DNA from: Macrostomum lignano
Lineage: Eukaryota
Assembly (NCBI GenBank): GCA_002269645.1
Contig: NIVC01001770.1
Span: forward strand, 158,777-222,776
DNA length: 64,000 nt
Reading direction: 5' to 3'
In this document: positions 1 to 13,429 of the stretch, piece by piece
Layout: each line of letters opens with the position of its first letter
Numbering within the stretch: the stretch's first letter is position 1
The notes under the pieces: generated by a model
Database searches by the model: none
The model's input: only the letters and a program-made list of their open reading frames with translations
Told to the model about the DNA's origin: nothing
Translations under genes and position numbers: made by a program

Positions 1-1155
1 ATTTTATTGTGGGAGATTTAGACACGGATTTATTGTGGGAGATTTAGACACGGATTTTATTGTGGGAGATTTAGACACGGATTTTATTGGAGATTTAGAC
101 ACGGATTTTATTGGGAGATTTAGACACGGATTTTATGATGGGAGATTTAGACACGGATTTTATTGGGAGATTTAGACACGGATTTTATTGTGGGAGATTT
201 AGACACGGATTTTATTGTGGGAGATTTAGACACGGATTTTATTGTGGAGATTTAGACACGGATTTTATTGTGGGAGATTTAGACACGGATTTTATTGGTG
301 GAGATTTAGACACGGATTTTATTGTGGGAGATTTAGACACGGATTTTATTGTGGGAGATTTAGACACGGATTTTATTGTGGGAGATTTAGACACGGATTT
401 TATTGATGGGAGATTTAGACACGGATTTTATGATGGGAGATTTAGACACGGATTTTATGATGGGAGATTTAGACACGGATTTTATGTGGGAGATTTAGAC
501 ACGGATTTTATTGTGGGAGATTTAGACACGGATTTTATTGTGGGAGATTTAGACACGGATTTTATTGTGGGAGATTTAGACACGGATTTTATGTGGGAGA
601 TTTAGACACGGATTTTATGATGGGAGATTTAGACACGGATTTTATTGTGGGAGATTTAGACACGGATTTTATTGTGGGAGATTTAGACACGGATTTTATT
701 GTGGGAGATTTAGACACGGATTTTATTGTGGGAGATTTAGACACGGATTTTATTGGGGAGATTTAGACACGGATTTATTGTGGAGATTTAGACACGGATT
801 TTATTGGTGGGAGATTTAGACACGGATTTTATTGTGGGAGATTTAGACACGGATTTTATGATGGGAGATTTAGACACGGATTTTATGATGGGAGATTTAG
901 ACACGGATTTTATGATGGGAGATTTAGACACGGATTTTATGATGGGAGATTTAGACACGGATTTTATGTGGGAGATTTAGACACGGATTTTATGATGGGA
1001 GATTTAGACACGGATTTTATGATGGGAGATTTAGACACGGATTTTATGATGGGAGATTTAGACACGGATTTTATGATGGGAGATTTAGACACGGATTTTA
1101 TAGTGGGAGTTTTAGACACGGATTTTATTGTGGGAGATTTAGACACGGATTTTAA
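1..1155. repeat. 27-bp minisatellite (attttattgtgggagatttagacacgg)n, about 43 copies, truncated by window start
   Basis: Unit read directly; the GDLDTDFIV 9-aa periodicity in the ORF track matches 27 bp. Confidence 0.95.
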
Positions 1156-1309
1156 CAGTATGAGTTAGCAATCCAATTATCTATGTAGTATTCATCTGAA
1201 CCTTCAAAATAAGCGTCCCGTGTTCTTCTATTTAATCCAGTATTGCTCACGCGAATTTCTATAGAATACGAGTAATAAATCTACCGCTATAGTCCTCCTT
1301 AGATTCCAA

Positions 1310-3814
1310 CTAGCAATCTTCGCCCCCCGTTGGGGGACATCTGTATAGAATCTCTGTTCTCTACAAGTAACAAAAAGACAGCCAAATAAAGCCTTCACAA
1401 AGACGACAGACAAACTGCTCAAATAAAGTGTAATGCAAAAAGAAATCATCCCAAGACAGCAAGCATCCCCCAGATAGCAAGCATCCCCCAGATTGCAAGC
1501 ATCGCCCAGATAGCAAGCATCCCCCAGATAGCAAGCATCCCCAAATAGTAAGCATCTACCATACAATAAGTAGCTAGTGCTACAATTTCCTTAGCTCTAT
1601 AGTGGCTCCTTTAAAATTGGCATGACGCTTACGTTTACGTTTGAAATTGTGTAAATTTTATGTTTGACATGGTGGCCCTTTAATGTTCGACATGGTGGCT
1701 CTTTTATGCTTGACATGGTGGCTCTTTACTGTTTGACATAGAGTCACATATATGTTTGACATGGTGGCTCTTCTATGTTTGACATGGAGTCACGAATATA
1801 CTTGACATGGTGACTCGTTAATGTTCGACATGGTGGCTCTATAATGTTAGACATGGTGGCTCTTTAATGTTAGACATGGTGGCTCTTTAATGTTAGACAT
1901 GATGGCTCTTTAATGTTTGACATTGCGGCTCTTTAATGTTTGACATGGTGGCTCTTTTATGTTCGACATGGTGGTTCTTTTATGTTAGACATGGTGTCTC
2001 TTTTATGCTTGACATGGTGGCTCTTTACTGTTTGACATGGAGTCACATATATGTTTGACATGGTGGCTCTTTTATGTTTGACATGATGGCTGTTTTAAGT
2101 TTGACATGGTGGCTCTTTAATGTTTGACATAGTGGCTCTTTTATGTTAGACATGGTGGCTCTTTAATGTTTGACATGGTGGCTGTTTTATGTTAGACATG
2201 GTGGCTCTTTTATGTTTGACATGGTGGCTCTTTTATGTTAGACATGGTGGCTCTTTAATGTTTGACCTGGTGGCACCTTAATGTAATGATAGCTCTTTAA
2301 TGTTTGAAATGGTGGCTCTTTAATGTTCGAAATGGTGGCTCTATAATGTTAGACATGGTGGCTCTTTAATGTTCGACATGGTGGCTCTTTAATGTTAGAC
2401 ATTGTGGCTCTATAATTTTTTACTGGTGGCTCTTTAATGTTAGACATGGTGGCTCTTTAATGTTAGACTTGGTGGCTCTTTAATTTTTGACATGGTGGCT
2501 CTTTAATGTTTGACATGGTAGCACTTTAATGTTTGACATGGTGGCTTTTCTATGTTTGACATGGTAGCACTTTAATGTTTGACATGGTGGCTCTATAATG
2601 TTTGACATGGAGTCACATATATGTTGGACATGGTGGCTCTTTAATGTTCGACATGGTGGCTCTTTAATGTTTGACATGGTGGCTCTTTTTAGTTCGACAT
2701 GGTGGTTCTTTTATGTTCGACATGGTGGCTCTTTTATGATTGACATGGTGGCTTTTTACTATTTGACATGGAGTCACATATATGTTTGACATGGTGGCTC
2801 TTTTATGTTTGACATGGTGGCTCTTTTATGTTTGACATGGTGGCTCTTTAATGTTAGACATGGTGGCTCTTTAATGTTAGACATGGTGGCTCTTTACTGT
2901 TAGACATGGTGGCTCTTTAATGTTAGACATGGTGGCTCTTTAATGTTTGACATTGCGGCTCTTTAATGTTTGACATGGTGGCTCTTTTATGTTCGACATG
3001 GTGGTTCTTTTATGTTAGACATGGTGGCTCTTCTATGCTTGACATGGTGGCTCTTTTATGTTTGACATGGTGGGTTTTTATGTTTGACATGGTGGCTCTT
3101 TAATGTTCGACAGGGTGGCTCTTCTATGTTTGACATGGTAACTCTTTTATGTTCGATATGTTGGCTCTTCTATGTTTGACATTGCGCTTCTTTGATGTTT
3201 AGCAGTTTTGTTGTGTTTTTAAGGTGTTTTAATAAAAAAATCTTTTTGCACTACTAAGATTCGAACCCAGGTCGCTACATTAGCATTTCAATCTGTTCGC
3301 ATCTGGCTATCTCTTTTCATTTGGAGAACATGAATTGTGGCCCTTATAATTCAATTCTTACAGCAAGTCATTTGGAGTAAAAAGTTTCTTCAGACATACT
3401 TTGGAGTAAAAAGTAAGTCAGACATCTATTTCTCAGTCAGCCAGTATCAGTCTCAATTTAAGTTAGCAATATGGTTACGCAATTTCAATCAAGTTTTGTG
3501 TGCATTTCTTGGGCACTGTTTTCAACTTGTGATGCAATCTTTATCACAATCGGAATTCAGCCAGTCAGTTTTTTCTCTAGCATTCTTACAATGCATTTCA
3601 GGTCGAAAGAGCTGCTTGATCTTTGCAAAAAAGCATGTTTTTCGAATATTTAATCCCTTTAAAATTGAGAAATTTCTTAGCCAAGATGCATGTACCGTCC
3701 CAGGAAAATTTCTGATCAAATGGTGCAAGTTTGAAGAAAATCGGTTGAGCCATTTTTTCTGAAATCTATTGCATACCTACACACATACAGACAACTCATT
3801 TTTAGTATATAGGA
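1310..3814 (-). mobile_element. Non-autonomous Helitron, unit 1 of a head-to-tail array
   Basis: Minus-strand 3' end GTCCCCC-AACG-GGGGGGCGAAGATTG-CTAG followed by T (CTAG at 1310-1313), i.e. hairpin plus CTAG. The 5' end TCCTATATACTAAAAATG is at 3814. Internally there is an 18-bp repeat, a 23-bp minisatellite and a conserved ~600-bp block. No RepHel ORF. Confidence 0.8.
1655..3200. repeat. 23-bp minisatellite (acatggtggctctttaatgtttg)n inside Helitron unit 1; also at ~4750-5950 and ~7185-10265
   Basis: Unit read directly; three arrays occupy the same position of units 1-3. Confidence 0.95.
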
Positions 3815-6589
3815 CTAGCAATCTTCGCCCCCCGTTGGGGGACATCTATATAGAATCTCTGTTCTCTACAAGTAAGTAACAAAAAATAGCGAAATAAAGC
3901 CTTCACAAAGAAAGCAGACAAAATACTCAAATGAAGTGCAATGCAAAAAGAAATCATCGCAAGACAGCAAGCATCCCCCAGATAGCAAGCATCCCCCAGA
4001 TAGCAAGCATCCCCCAGATAGCAAGCATCCCCCAGATAGCAAGCATCCCCCAGATAGCAAGCATTCCCCAGATAGCAAGCATCCCCCAGATAGCAAGCAT
4101 TCCCCAGATAGCAAGCATCCCCCAGATAGCAAGCATCCCCCAGATAGCAAGCATCCCCCAGATAGCAAGCATCCCCCCAGATAGCAAGCATCCCTAGATA
4201 GCAAGCATCCCCCAGATAGCAAGCATCCCCCAGACCCCAGATAGCAAGCATCCCCCAGATAGCAAGCATCCACCCGATAGCAAGCAACCCCAGATAGCAA
4301 GCATCCCCCAGATAGCCAGCATTCCCCAGACCCCCGATAGCAAGCAACCCCAGAGAGCAAGCATCCCCAGATAGCAAGCATCCCCCAGATAGCAAGCATC
4401 CCCCAGATAACAAGCATCCCCCAGATAGCAAGCATCCACCCAATAGCAAGCAACCCCAGATAGCAAGCATCCCCCAGACCCCCGATAGCAAGCAACCCCA
4501 GATAGCAAGCATCCCCCAGATAGCAAGCATCCCCCAGATAGCAAGCATCCCCCAGATAGCAAGCATCGCCCAGATAGCAAGTATCCCCCAGACAGCAAGC
4601 ATCCCCCAGATAGAAAGCATCCCCAAGATAGATAGCATCCCCAAATAGCAAGCATCCACCAGACAATAAGTAGCTAGTGCGACAATTTCTTTAGCATTAT
4701 AGCGGCTCCTTTAAAATTCGCTTACTTTTACGTTTGAAATTGTGTATATTTTATGTTTAACAGGGTGGCTCTTTTATGTTCTACATTGTGGCTCTTTTTT
4801 GTTCAACATGGTAACTCTTTTATGTTTGATACGGTGGCTTCCAATGTCTGACATGGTGGCTCTTCTATGTTTGACATGGTGGCTCTTCTATGTTTGACAA
4901 AGTGGCTCTTTAATTTTCGACATGGTGGCTCTTTATTGTTCGAAATTGTGGCTCTTTAATGTTCTACATGGTGGCTCTTTAATGCTCTACATTGTGGCTC
5001 TTTAATGCTCTACATTGTGGCTCTTTAATGTTCTACATATTGTGGCTCTTTAATGTTCGACATGGTGGCTCTTTAATGTTCTACATTGTGGCTCTTTATT
5101 GTTTGACGTGATGGCTTTTTAATGTTTGACATCATGGCTCTTAAATGTTCTACATTGTGGCTTTTTAATGTTCTACATTGTGGCTCTTTAATGTTTGACA
5201 TGATGGCTCTTTAACGTTCGACAGGGTGGCTCTTTAATGTTTGACATGGAGTCACGTATGTGTTAGACATGGAGTCATGTATATATTTGGCATGGAGTCA
5301 CGTATATGTTTGACATGGTGGCTCTTTAATGTTTGACATAGTGGCTCTTTAATGTTTGACATAGTGGCTCTTTAATGTTTGACATAGTGGCTCTTTAATG
5401 TTTGACATGGTGGCTCTTTTATGTTTGACATGATGGCTCTTTAATGTTCGACATGGTGGCTGTTTAATGTTTGTTATGGAGTCATATGTATATGTTTTAC
5501 ATGGTGGCTCTTTTATGTGTGACATGGAGTCACGTATATATTTGACATGGAGTCACATATATGTTTGACATGGTGGCTCTTTAGTGTTCGATATGGTGGC
5601 TCTTTAATTTTTGACATGGTGGCTCTTTAATGTTTGACATAGTGGCTCTTAATTTTTTACTTGGTGGCTCTTTAATGTTTGACATGGAGTCACGTATGTG
5701 TTTGACATGGAGTCACGTATATATTTGGCATGGAGTCACGTAAATGCTTTACATGGTGGCTCTTTTATGTTTGACATGGAGTCACGTATATGTTTGACAT
5801 GTAGTCACGTATGTGTTTGACATGGTGGCTCTTTAATGTTTGACATGGTGGCTTTTTAGTGTTTGACATGGTGGCTCTTTAATGTTTGACATGGTGGCTC
5901 TTTAATGTTCAACATGGTGGCTCTTCTATGTTTGACATTGTGCCTCTTTTACGCTCGTATGTTTAGCAGTTTTGTGTTTTTAATGTGTTTTAATAAAAAA
6001 ATCTTTTTGCACTACTAAGATTCGAACCCAGGTCACTACATTAGCATTCCAATCTGTTCGCATCTGGCTATCTCTTTTCATTTGGAGAACATGAATTGTG
6101 GCCCTTATAATTCAATTCTTACAGCCAGTCAATTGGAGTAGAAAGTTATGACATAATCAATTTCTCAGTCAGCCAGTATCAGTCTCAATTGAAGTTAGCA
6201 ATATGGTTACGCAATTTTAATCAAGTCGGGTTTGCATTTCTTCGACACTGTTTTCAAATTGTTGTGATGCAATCTTTATCACAATCGGAATCGAGCCAGT
6301 CAGTTTTTTTCTCTAGCATTCTTACAATGCATTCCAGGTTTAAAGAGCTGCTTGACCTTTGCAAAAAAGCATGTTTTTCGAATATTTAATCCCTTTAAAA
6401 TTGAGCAATTTCTTAGCCAGGATGCATGTACCATCCCAGGAAAATTTCTGATCGAATGGTGCAAGTTTGAAGAAAATCGGTTGAGCCAATTTTTCTGAAA
6501 TCTATCGCATACCTACCCACATACAGACAACTCATTTTTAGTATATAGGACAAGCAAGCAAGCAAGATTTTCATTTTTAGTATATTAGA
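3815..6589 (-). mobile_element. Non-autonomous Helitron, unit 2
   Basis: Junction ...GA|CTAG... at 3814/3815 reads CTAG|TC on the minus strand. Same hairpin-CTAG end. Two 5' TC termini, at 6550 and 6589. Confidence 0.8.
3960..4655. repeat. 17-18-bp repeat (cagatagcaagcatcccc)n near the Helitron 3' end; also at ~1455-1550, ~6735-7090 and degenerate at ~13435-13650
   Basis: Unit read directly; source of the GDACYL / PPDSKH pseudo-ORFs. Confidence 0.95.
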
Positions 6590-9500
6590 CTAGCAATCTT
6601 CGCCCCCCGTTGGGGGACATCTGTATAGAATCTCTGTTCTCTACAAGTAACAAAAAGATAGCCAAAAAAAGCCTTCACAAAGAAAACAGACAAAATACTC
6701 AAAGGAAGTGCAATGCAGAAAGAAATCATCCCAAGACAGCAAGCAACCCTTGGATAGCAAGCATCCCCCAGATAGCAAGCATCCCCCAGATAGCAAGCAT
6801 CCCCTAGATAGCAACCATCCCCCAGATAGCAAGCATCCTCCAGATAGCAAGCATCCCCAGATAGCAAGCATCCCCCAGATAGCAAGCATCCCCCAGATAG
6901 CAAGCATCCCCCAGATAGCAAGCATCCCCCAGATAGCAAGCATCCCTCAGATAGCAAGCATCCCCCAGATAGCAAGCATCCCCCAGATAGCAAGTATCCC
7001 CCAGATAGCAAGCATCCCTCAGATAGCAAGCATCCCCTAGATAGCAAGCATCCCCCAGATAGCAAGCATCCCCCAGATAGCAAGCATCCACCAGACAATA
7101 AGTAGCTAGTGCGACAATTTCCTTAGCATTATAGCAGCTCCTTTAAAATTCGCTTACTTTTACGTTTGAAATTGTGTAAATTTTATGTTTGACATGGTGG
7201 CTCTTTTATGTTCTACATGGCAACTCTTTTATGTTTGAAACAATGGCTTTTTAATGTCTGACATGGTGGCTCTTTAATGTTCGACAAAGTGGCTATTTAA
7301 TGTTTAACAAGGTGGCTCTTTAATGTTCGACAAAGTGGCTATTTAATGTTTGACATGGTGGCTCTTTAATGTTCGAAATGGTGGCTCTTTAATGTTTGAC
7401 ATAAAGACACATATATGTTTGACATGGTGGCTCTTAAATGTTTGACATGGTGGCTCTTTAATGTTCTAAATGGTGGCTCTTTAATGTTTGACATGGTAGC
7501 TCTTTTATGTTGACATGGTGGTTCTTTTAGGTTTGACATGGTGGCTGGTTAATGTTTGGTATAATGGCCCTTTAATGTTCAACGTAGTGGCTCTTTAATA
7601 TTCTACATGGTGGCTCTTTTATGTTTAACATGGTGGCTCTTTAATGTTCGAAATGGTGGCTCTTTTGTTTTACATGGTGGCTCTTTAATGTTTGGCATGG
7701 TGGCTCTTTAATGTTTGACATAAAGTCCCTTATATGTTCGACATGGTGGCTCTTTTATGCTTGACATGATGGCTCTTTTAGGTTTAACATGATGGCTCTT
7801 TTAGGTTTAACATGGTGGCTCTTTTAGGTTTAACATGGTGGCTCTTAAATGTTTGACATAAAGTCACTTATATGGTTGACATGGTGGCTCTTTTATATTC
7901 TACATTTTGGCTCTTAAATTTTCGACATGGTGGCTCTTTTAGGTTTGACATGGTGGCTCCTTAATGTTTGACATGGTGGCTCTTTAATGTTTAACATGGT
8001 GACTTTTAATGTTTGACATAATGGCTCTTTAATGTTCGACATGGTGGCTCTTTAATATTCGACATGGTGGCTCTTTAATGTTCGACATGGTGGCTCTTTA
8101 ATGTTTGACATGGTGGCTCTTTAATGTTTTACATGGTGGCTCTTTTATGTTCGACATGGTGGCTCTTTATTGTTTGACATGGTGGCTCTTTAATGTTTTA
8201 CATGGTGGCTCTTTTATGTTCGACATGGTGGCTCTTTATTGTTTGACATGGTAGCTCTGTTATGTTCGAAATGGTGGCTCTTTAATGTTTGACATAAAGT
8301 CACATATATGTTTGACATGGTGGCTCTTTAATGTTCGACATGGTGGCTCTTTTGTTTTACATGGTGGCTCTTTAATGTTCGAAATAGTGGCTCTTTAATG
8401 TTTGACATAAAGACACATATATGTTTGATATGGTGGGTCTTAAATGTTTGACATGGTGGCTCTTTAATGTTCTAAATGGTGGCTCTTTAATGTTTGACAT
8501 GGTAGCTCTTTTATGTTCGACAGGGTGGCTCTTTTAGGTTTGACATGGTGGCTCTTTTAGGTTTGACATGGTGGCTCTTAAATGTTCGACATGGTTGCTC
8601 TTTTATGTTTAACATGGTGGCTCTTTAATGTTTGACATGGTGGCTCTTTAATGTTCTAAATGGTGGCTCTTTAATGTTTTACATGGTGGCTCTTAAATGT
8701 TTGACATGGTAGCTCTTTTATGTTGACATGGTGGTTCTTTTAGGTTTGACATGGTGGCTGGTTAATGTTCGGTATAATGGCCCTTTAATGTTCAACGTAG
8801 TGGCTCTTTAATATTCTACATGGTGGCTCTTTTATGTTTAACATGGTGGCTCTTTAATGTTCGAAATGGTGGCTCTTTTGTTTTACATGGTGGCTCTTTA
8901 ATGTTTGGCATGGTGGCTCTTTTTTGTTCGAAATGGTGGCTCTTTTTTGTTCTACATGGTAACTCTTTTATATTTGATACGGTGGCTTTTTTAATGTCTG
9001 ACATGTTGGCTCTTTTATGTTTGACATGGTGGCTCTTTAATGTTCGACAAAGTGGCTCCTAAATGTTTGACATAGTGGCTCTTTAATGTTCAAAATGGTG
9101 GCTCCTAAATGTTTGACATAGTGGCTCTTTAATGTTTGACATGGTGGCTCTTTTATGTTCGACATGGTGGCTCTTTAATGTTCGAAATGGTGGCTCTTTA
9201 ATGTTCAAAATAGTGGCTCTTTTATGTTCGACATGGTGGCTCTTTAATGTTCGAAATGGTGGCTCTTTAATGTACGACATAATGGCTTTTGAATGTTTGA
9301 CATGGTGGCTCTTTAATGTTTGACATGGTAGCTCTGTTATGTTCGACATGGTGGCTCTTCTAGGTTTGACACGAAGGCTCTTAAATGCTTAACATGTTGG
9401 CTCTTTTATGTTTAACATGGTAGCTCTTTAATATTTTACATGGCGGCTACTTTATGTTCGACATGGTGGCTCTTTAATATTCTTCATGTTATAGCTCTTT

Positions 9501-10876
9501 CATGTTTGACAAGGTGGCTCTTTAATGTTCGAAATAGTGGCTCTTTAATGTTCGAAATGGTGGCTCTTTAATGTTTGACATAAAGTCACATATATGTTTG
9601 ACATGGTGGCTCTTTATGTTTGACATGTTGGCTCTTTTATGATTGACATGTTGGCTCTTTTATGTTTGACATGGTGGCTCTTTAATGTTTGACATGGTGG
9701 CTCTTTTTTGTTCTACATGGTAGCTAACTCTTTTTATATTTGATACGGTGGCTTTTTAATGTCTGACATGTTGGCTCTTTTATGTTTGACATGGTGGCTC
9801 TTTAATGTTCGAAAAAGTGGCTCCTAAATGTTTGACATAGTGGCTCTTTGATGTTCGAAATAGTGGCTCTTTTATGGTCGACATGGTGGCTCTTTAATGT
9901 TCGAAATGGTGGCTCTTTAATGTTCGAAATGGTGGCTGTTTAATGTTCGAAATGGTGGCTCTTTTATGTTTGACATAAAGTCACTTATATGTTTTACATG
10001 GTGGCTCTTAAATGTTTGACATGGTGGCTCTTTATGTTTGACATAAAGTCACTTATATGGTTGACATGGTGGCTCTTTTATATTCTACATTTTGGCTCTT
10101 TTAGTTTGACATGGTGGCTCTTTAATGTTTGACATGGTGGCTCTTTATGTTTGACATGTTGGCTCTTTTATGTTTGACATGGTGGCTCTTTTATGTTCGA
10201 TATGTTGGCTCTTTAATGTTCATGACATGGTGGCTCTTCTATGTTTGACATTGCGCTTCTTTTATGTTTAGCAGTTTTGTGTTTTTAAGGTGTTTTAATA
10301 AAAAAAATCTTTTTTGCACCACTAAGATTCGAACCCAGGTCGCTACATTAGCATTCCAGTCTGTTCGCATCAGGGCTATCTTTTTTAATTGGAGAACTTG
10401 AATCTTTTTTAATTGGAGAACTTGAATTGTGGCCCTTATAATTCAATTCTTACAGCAAGTCAATTGGAGTAAAAAGTTATGACATAATCAATTTCTCAGT
10501 CAGCCAGAATCAGTCTCAATTTAAGTTGGCAATATGGTTACGCAATTTCATTCAAGTCGTGTGTGCATTTCTTCGACACTGTTTTCAACTTGTTGTGATG
10601 CAATCTTTATCACAATCGGAATTCAGCCAGTCAGTTTTTTCTCTAGCATTCTTACAATGCATTTCAAGTCGAAAATTTGGCTTGACCTTTGCAAAAAAGC
10701 ATGTTTTTCGAATATTTAATCCCTTTAACATTGAGCAATTTCTTTGCCAGGATGCATGTACCGTGCCAGGAAAATTTCTGATCAAATAGTGCAAGTTTGA
10801 AGAAAATCGGTTGAGCCGTTCGGGAGAAAATCAATTACAAGCAAGCAACCAAGCATTTCATTTTTAGTATATTAGA
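6590..10876 (-). mobile_element. Non-autonomous Helitron, unit 3
   Basis: CTAG at 6590-6593 with hairpin. The 5' end TCTAATATACTAAAAATG is at 10876, preceded by A on the minus strand (A|TC...CTAG|T target for the whole array). Confidence 0.8.
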
Positions 10877-11379
10877 TTTTTCAGCGCCAAACTCTTTCCA
10901 TTATGGAGAGCAAGCCTGCTGAGTTGGCATCTGTTCGCTGAGTACAATGCTACAATGATTTTACAGCAAATATAATATACCTTTTAGCAGGAGTACTTTA
11001 AGTGTTTTTCTTAAGCTTAAGCTTAAAATAGGAATTTTTGGAGATCGTTAATAACGCATTTTAGGTAAAACAAAACTATCAACTTTTTACAGTTTTTAGT
11101 TTAGAGCCCTGTATATGTCAACGTGTTTGATAAAAATTATTTTTATCATTTTTGATAAAAAATGGCCTTCGGGGTGGCCAATAAGCAAGGGACGAATCCT
11201 TTAAAATGAAAAAAAATTCTTAGGGAGGGGGGCTAGGAATCGAATTCTCATTTTAATTCCAGGCTTATGTACCAATAAAACATGTTTGTGCAGAACTTTA
11301 TAACAGACATTGAAATTCAACCATACTTGCCTTCTTTCAGAGCTACTTCTACCAGTATGCTTCAGTACGCTACCAGTAC

Positions 11380-12270
11380 CCTTGTAAGCCTTGACATGTC
11401 AGCAATCCCCCCCCACAAGCCTTGAAATCTTAAAAAATCTGTCTACTTTCTAACCCTAACCCTAACCCTAACCCTAACCCTAAAGCATTGAAATTTCAGT
11501 AATTCTCTCTAAGAGTCTATAGCACTACTACAGCATTATAGCGATTCCCTGCAAGCCTCGACATCGTAGGGATTCCCAAATGAATCTCTTAACTTTGACA
11601 TGAAGCTTCTTTTTTTTTACATTACGCTTTTTCTATCAGCGATCCCTCCCGTGAGGAGCCAACAAATAATGTAATAACTTTTTTCCAATAAACTACATGT
11701 AGCTTCTGACATTAGCCTTGACATCTCATTTATTCCCCCGTGAGCCTTGACATCTCAGCTATAGATAGATAGATAGATTCCCCTCGTAAGCCTTGACATG
11801 TCAGCGATGCCCCCCATAAACCTTGAAATCTAAAAAATCCCCTGTTAACCTTGAAACGCGCTAAAATCTAACCCTCAACCCAAACCTGACGTAAACCTAA
11901 CTTTCACCCAACCTAAAGCCTTGAAATCACAGCAATTCTTCTTCCCTAAGCCTTGGCATTTAAGTGATTCCTTCTTTAAGAATCACAGCACTATAACGAT
12001 TCCCTCCAAGCTTTGACATCGTAGCAATTCCCAAATGAATCTTTTAACTTTGACATGACTTTTATTTTATGTATACATAGTGCTCCTTTTATTTTTACAT
12101 GACTCTTCTTCTATCAGCGCCCCCCCCACCGTGGCAAGCCAACAAAGAATGCAATAAAAAACTTAAGTAAAGTACATGTACTTTGAAGTAGCTTCTGACT
12201 TTTGCTTTAACATCTCAGAAACCCCCCTGTAATCTCAGTTATTCTCTGTGAGCCTTGACGTCTCAGTAAT
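11380..12270. repeat. Diverged ~400-bp tandem duplication; the first copy contains (CCCTAA)5
   Basis: Blocks such as gtaagccttgacatgtcagc, ttcccaaatgaatc and gccaacaaa occur in the same order at ~11385-11760 and ~11785-12230. The telomere-type hexamers are at ~11452-11483. Confidence 0.75.
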
Positions 12271-12299
12271 TCTCCCCAGCACAGCACTGTACTATAGCT

Positions 12300-13275
12300 T
12301 CATTTAATTTTTATATGACATTTCTTTCATGTCTGACATGACGCTTCTTTTGATTTTTACGTTACGCTTCTTTTATTCTTCCATGATGCTTCTTAATTTT
12401 TTAAATGACACACTTTCATTAGTTTTTATATGAGGCTTCTATAATTTTTTCATGACGCTTCTATGCTTGTTTACATGACGCTTGTATGATTTTTACATGA
12501 CGCTTCTATGATTGTTTACATGACGCTTGTATGATTGTTTACATGACGCTTCTATGATTTTTTACATGACGCTTTATGATTTTTACATGACGCTTCTATG
12601 ATTTTTTACATGACGCTTCTATGATTTTTACATGACGCTTCTATGATTTTTACATGACGCTTCTATGATTGTTTACATGACGCTTCTATGATTGTATACA
12701 TGACGCTTCTATGATTGTTTACATGACGCTTTTATGATTGTTTACATGACGCTTCTATGATTTTTACATGACGCTTCTATGATTTTTACATGACGCTTCT
12801 ATGATTGTTTACATGACGCTTCTATGATTGTTTACATGACGCTTCTATGATTTTAACATGACGCTTCTATGATTTTTTTACATGACGCTTCTATGATTGT
12901 TTACATGACGCTTGTATGATTGTTTACATGACGCTTGTATGATTTTAACATGACGCTTCTATGATTGCTTACATTACGCTTCTATGATTGCTTGCATGAC
13001 GCTTCTATGATTTTTTATGACGCTTTTATGATTTTAACATGACGCTTCTATGATTTTTTTACATGACGCTTCTATGATTGTTTACATGACGCTTGTATGA
13101 TTGTTTACATGACGCTTTTATGATTTTAACATGACGCTTCTATGATTGTTTACATGACGCTTCTATGATTGTTTACATGACGCTTCTATGATTGTTTACA
13201 TGACGCTTCTATGATTGTTTACATGACGCTTCTATGATTGTTTACATGACGCTTGTATGATTGTTTACATGACGC
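12300..13275. repeat. 23-bp minisatellite variant (acatgacgcttctatgattgttt)n
   Basis: Unit read directly; followed by a fragment of the Helitron conserved block (13280-13400). Confidence 0.92.
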
Positions 13276-13429
13276 TTCCATAATTTTTTTTGTCTTGGCG
13301 TTAAAAGGCTTTAATTAAAAAAACTCTACTCTCTAAAAATTCGAACCATCGTCCCTGCATTTAGCAGTTTAGTCTGTTTACCTCTAGGCTAGCTCTCATG
13401 AATTTTAGTCATTACCCCTAAATAGAAAA

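Noticed and set aside
111-1168. GDLDTDF repeat ORFs
   Set aside because: Translation of a 27-bp minisatellite with frequent frame-shifting indels.
3337-3762. Recurrent ORF (..QSEFSQSVFSLAFLQC..) also at 6189, 10526 and 16306
   Set aside because: It is the conserved Helitron 5' block; starts, stops and frames differ between copies and there are no Rep/helicase motifs.
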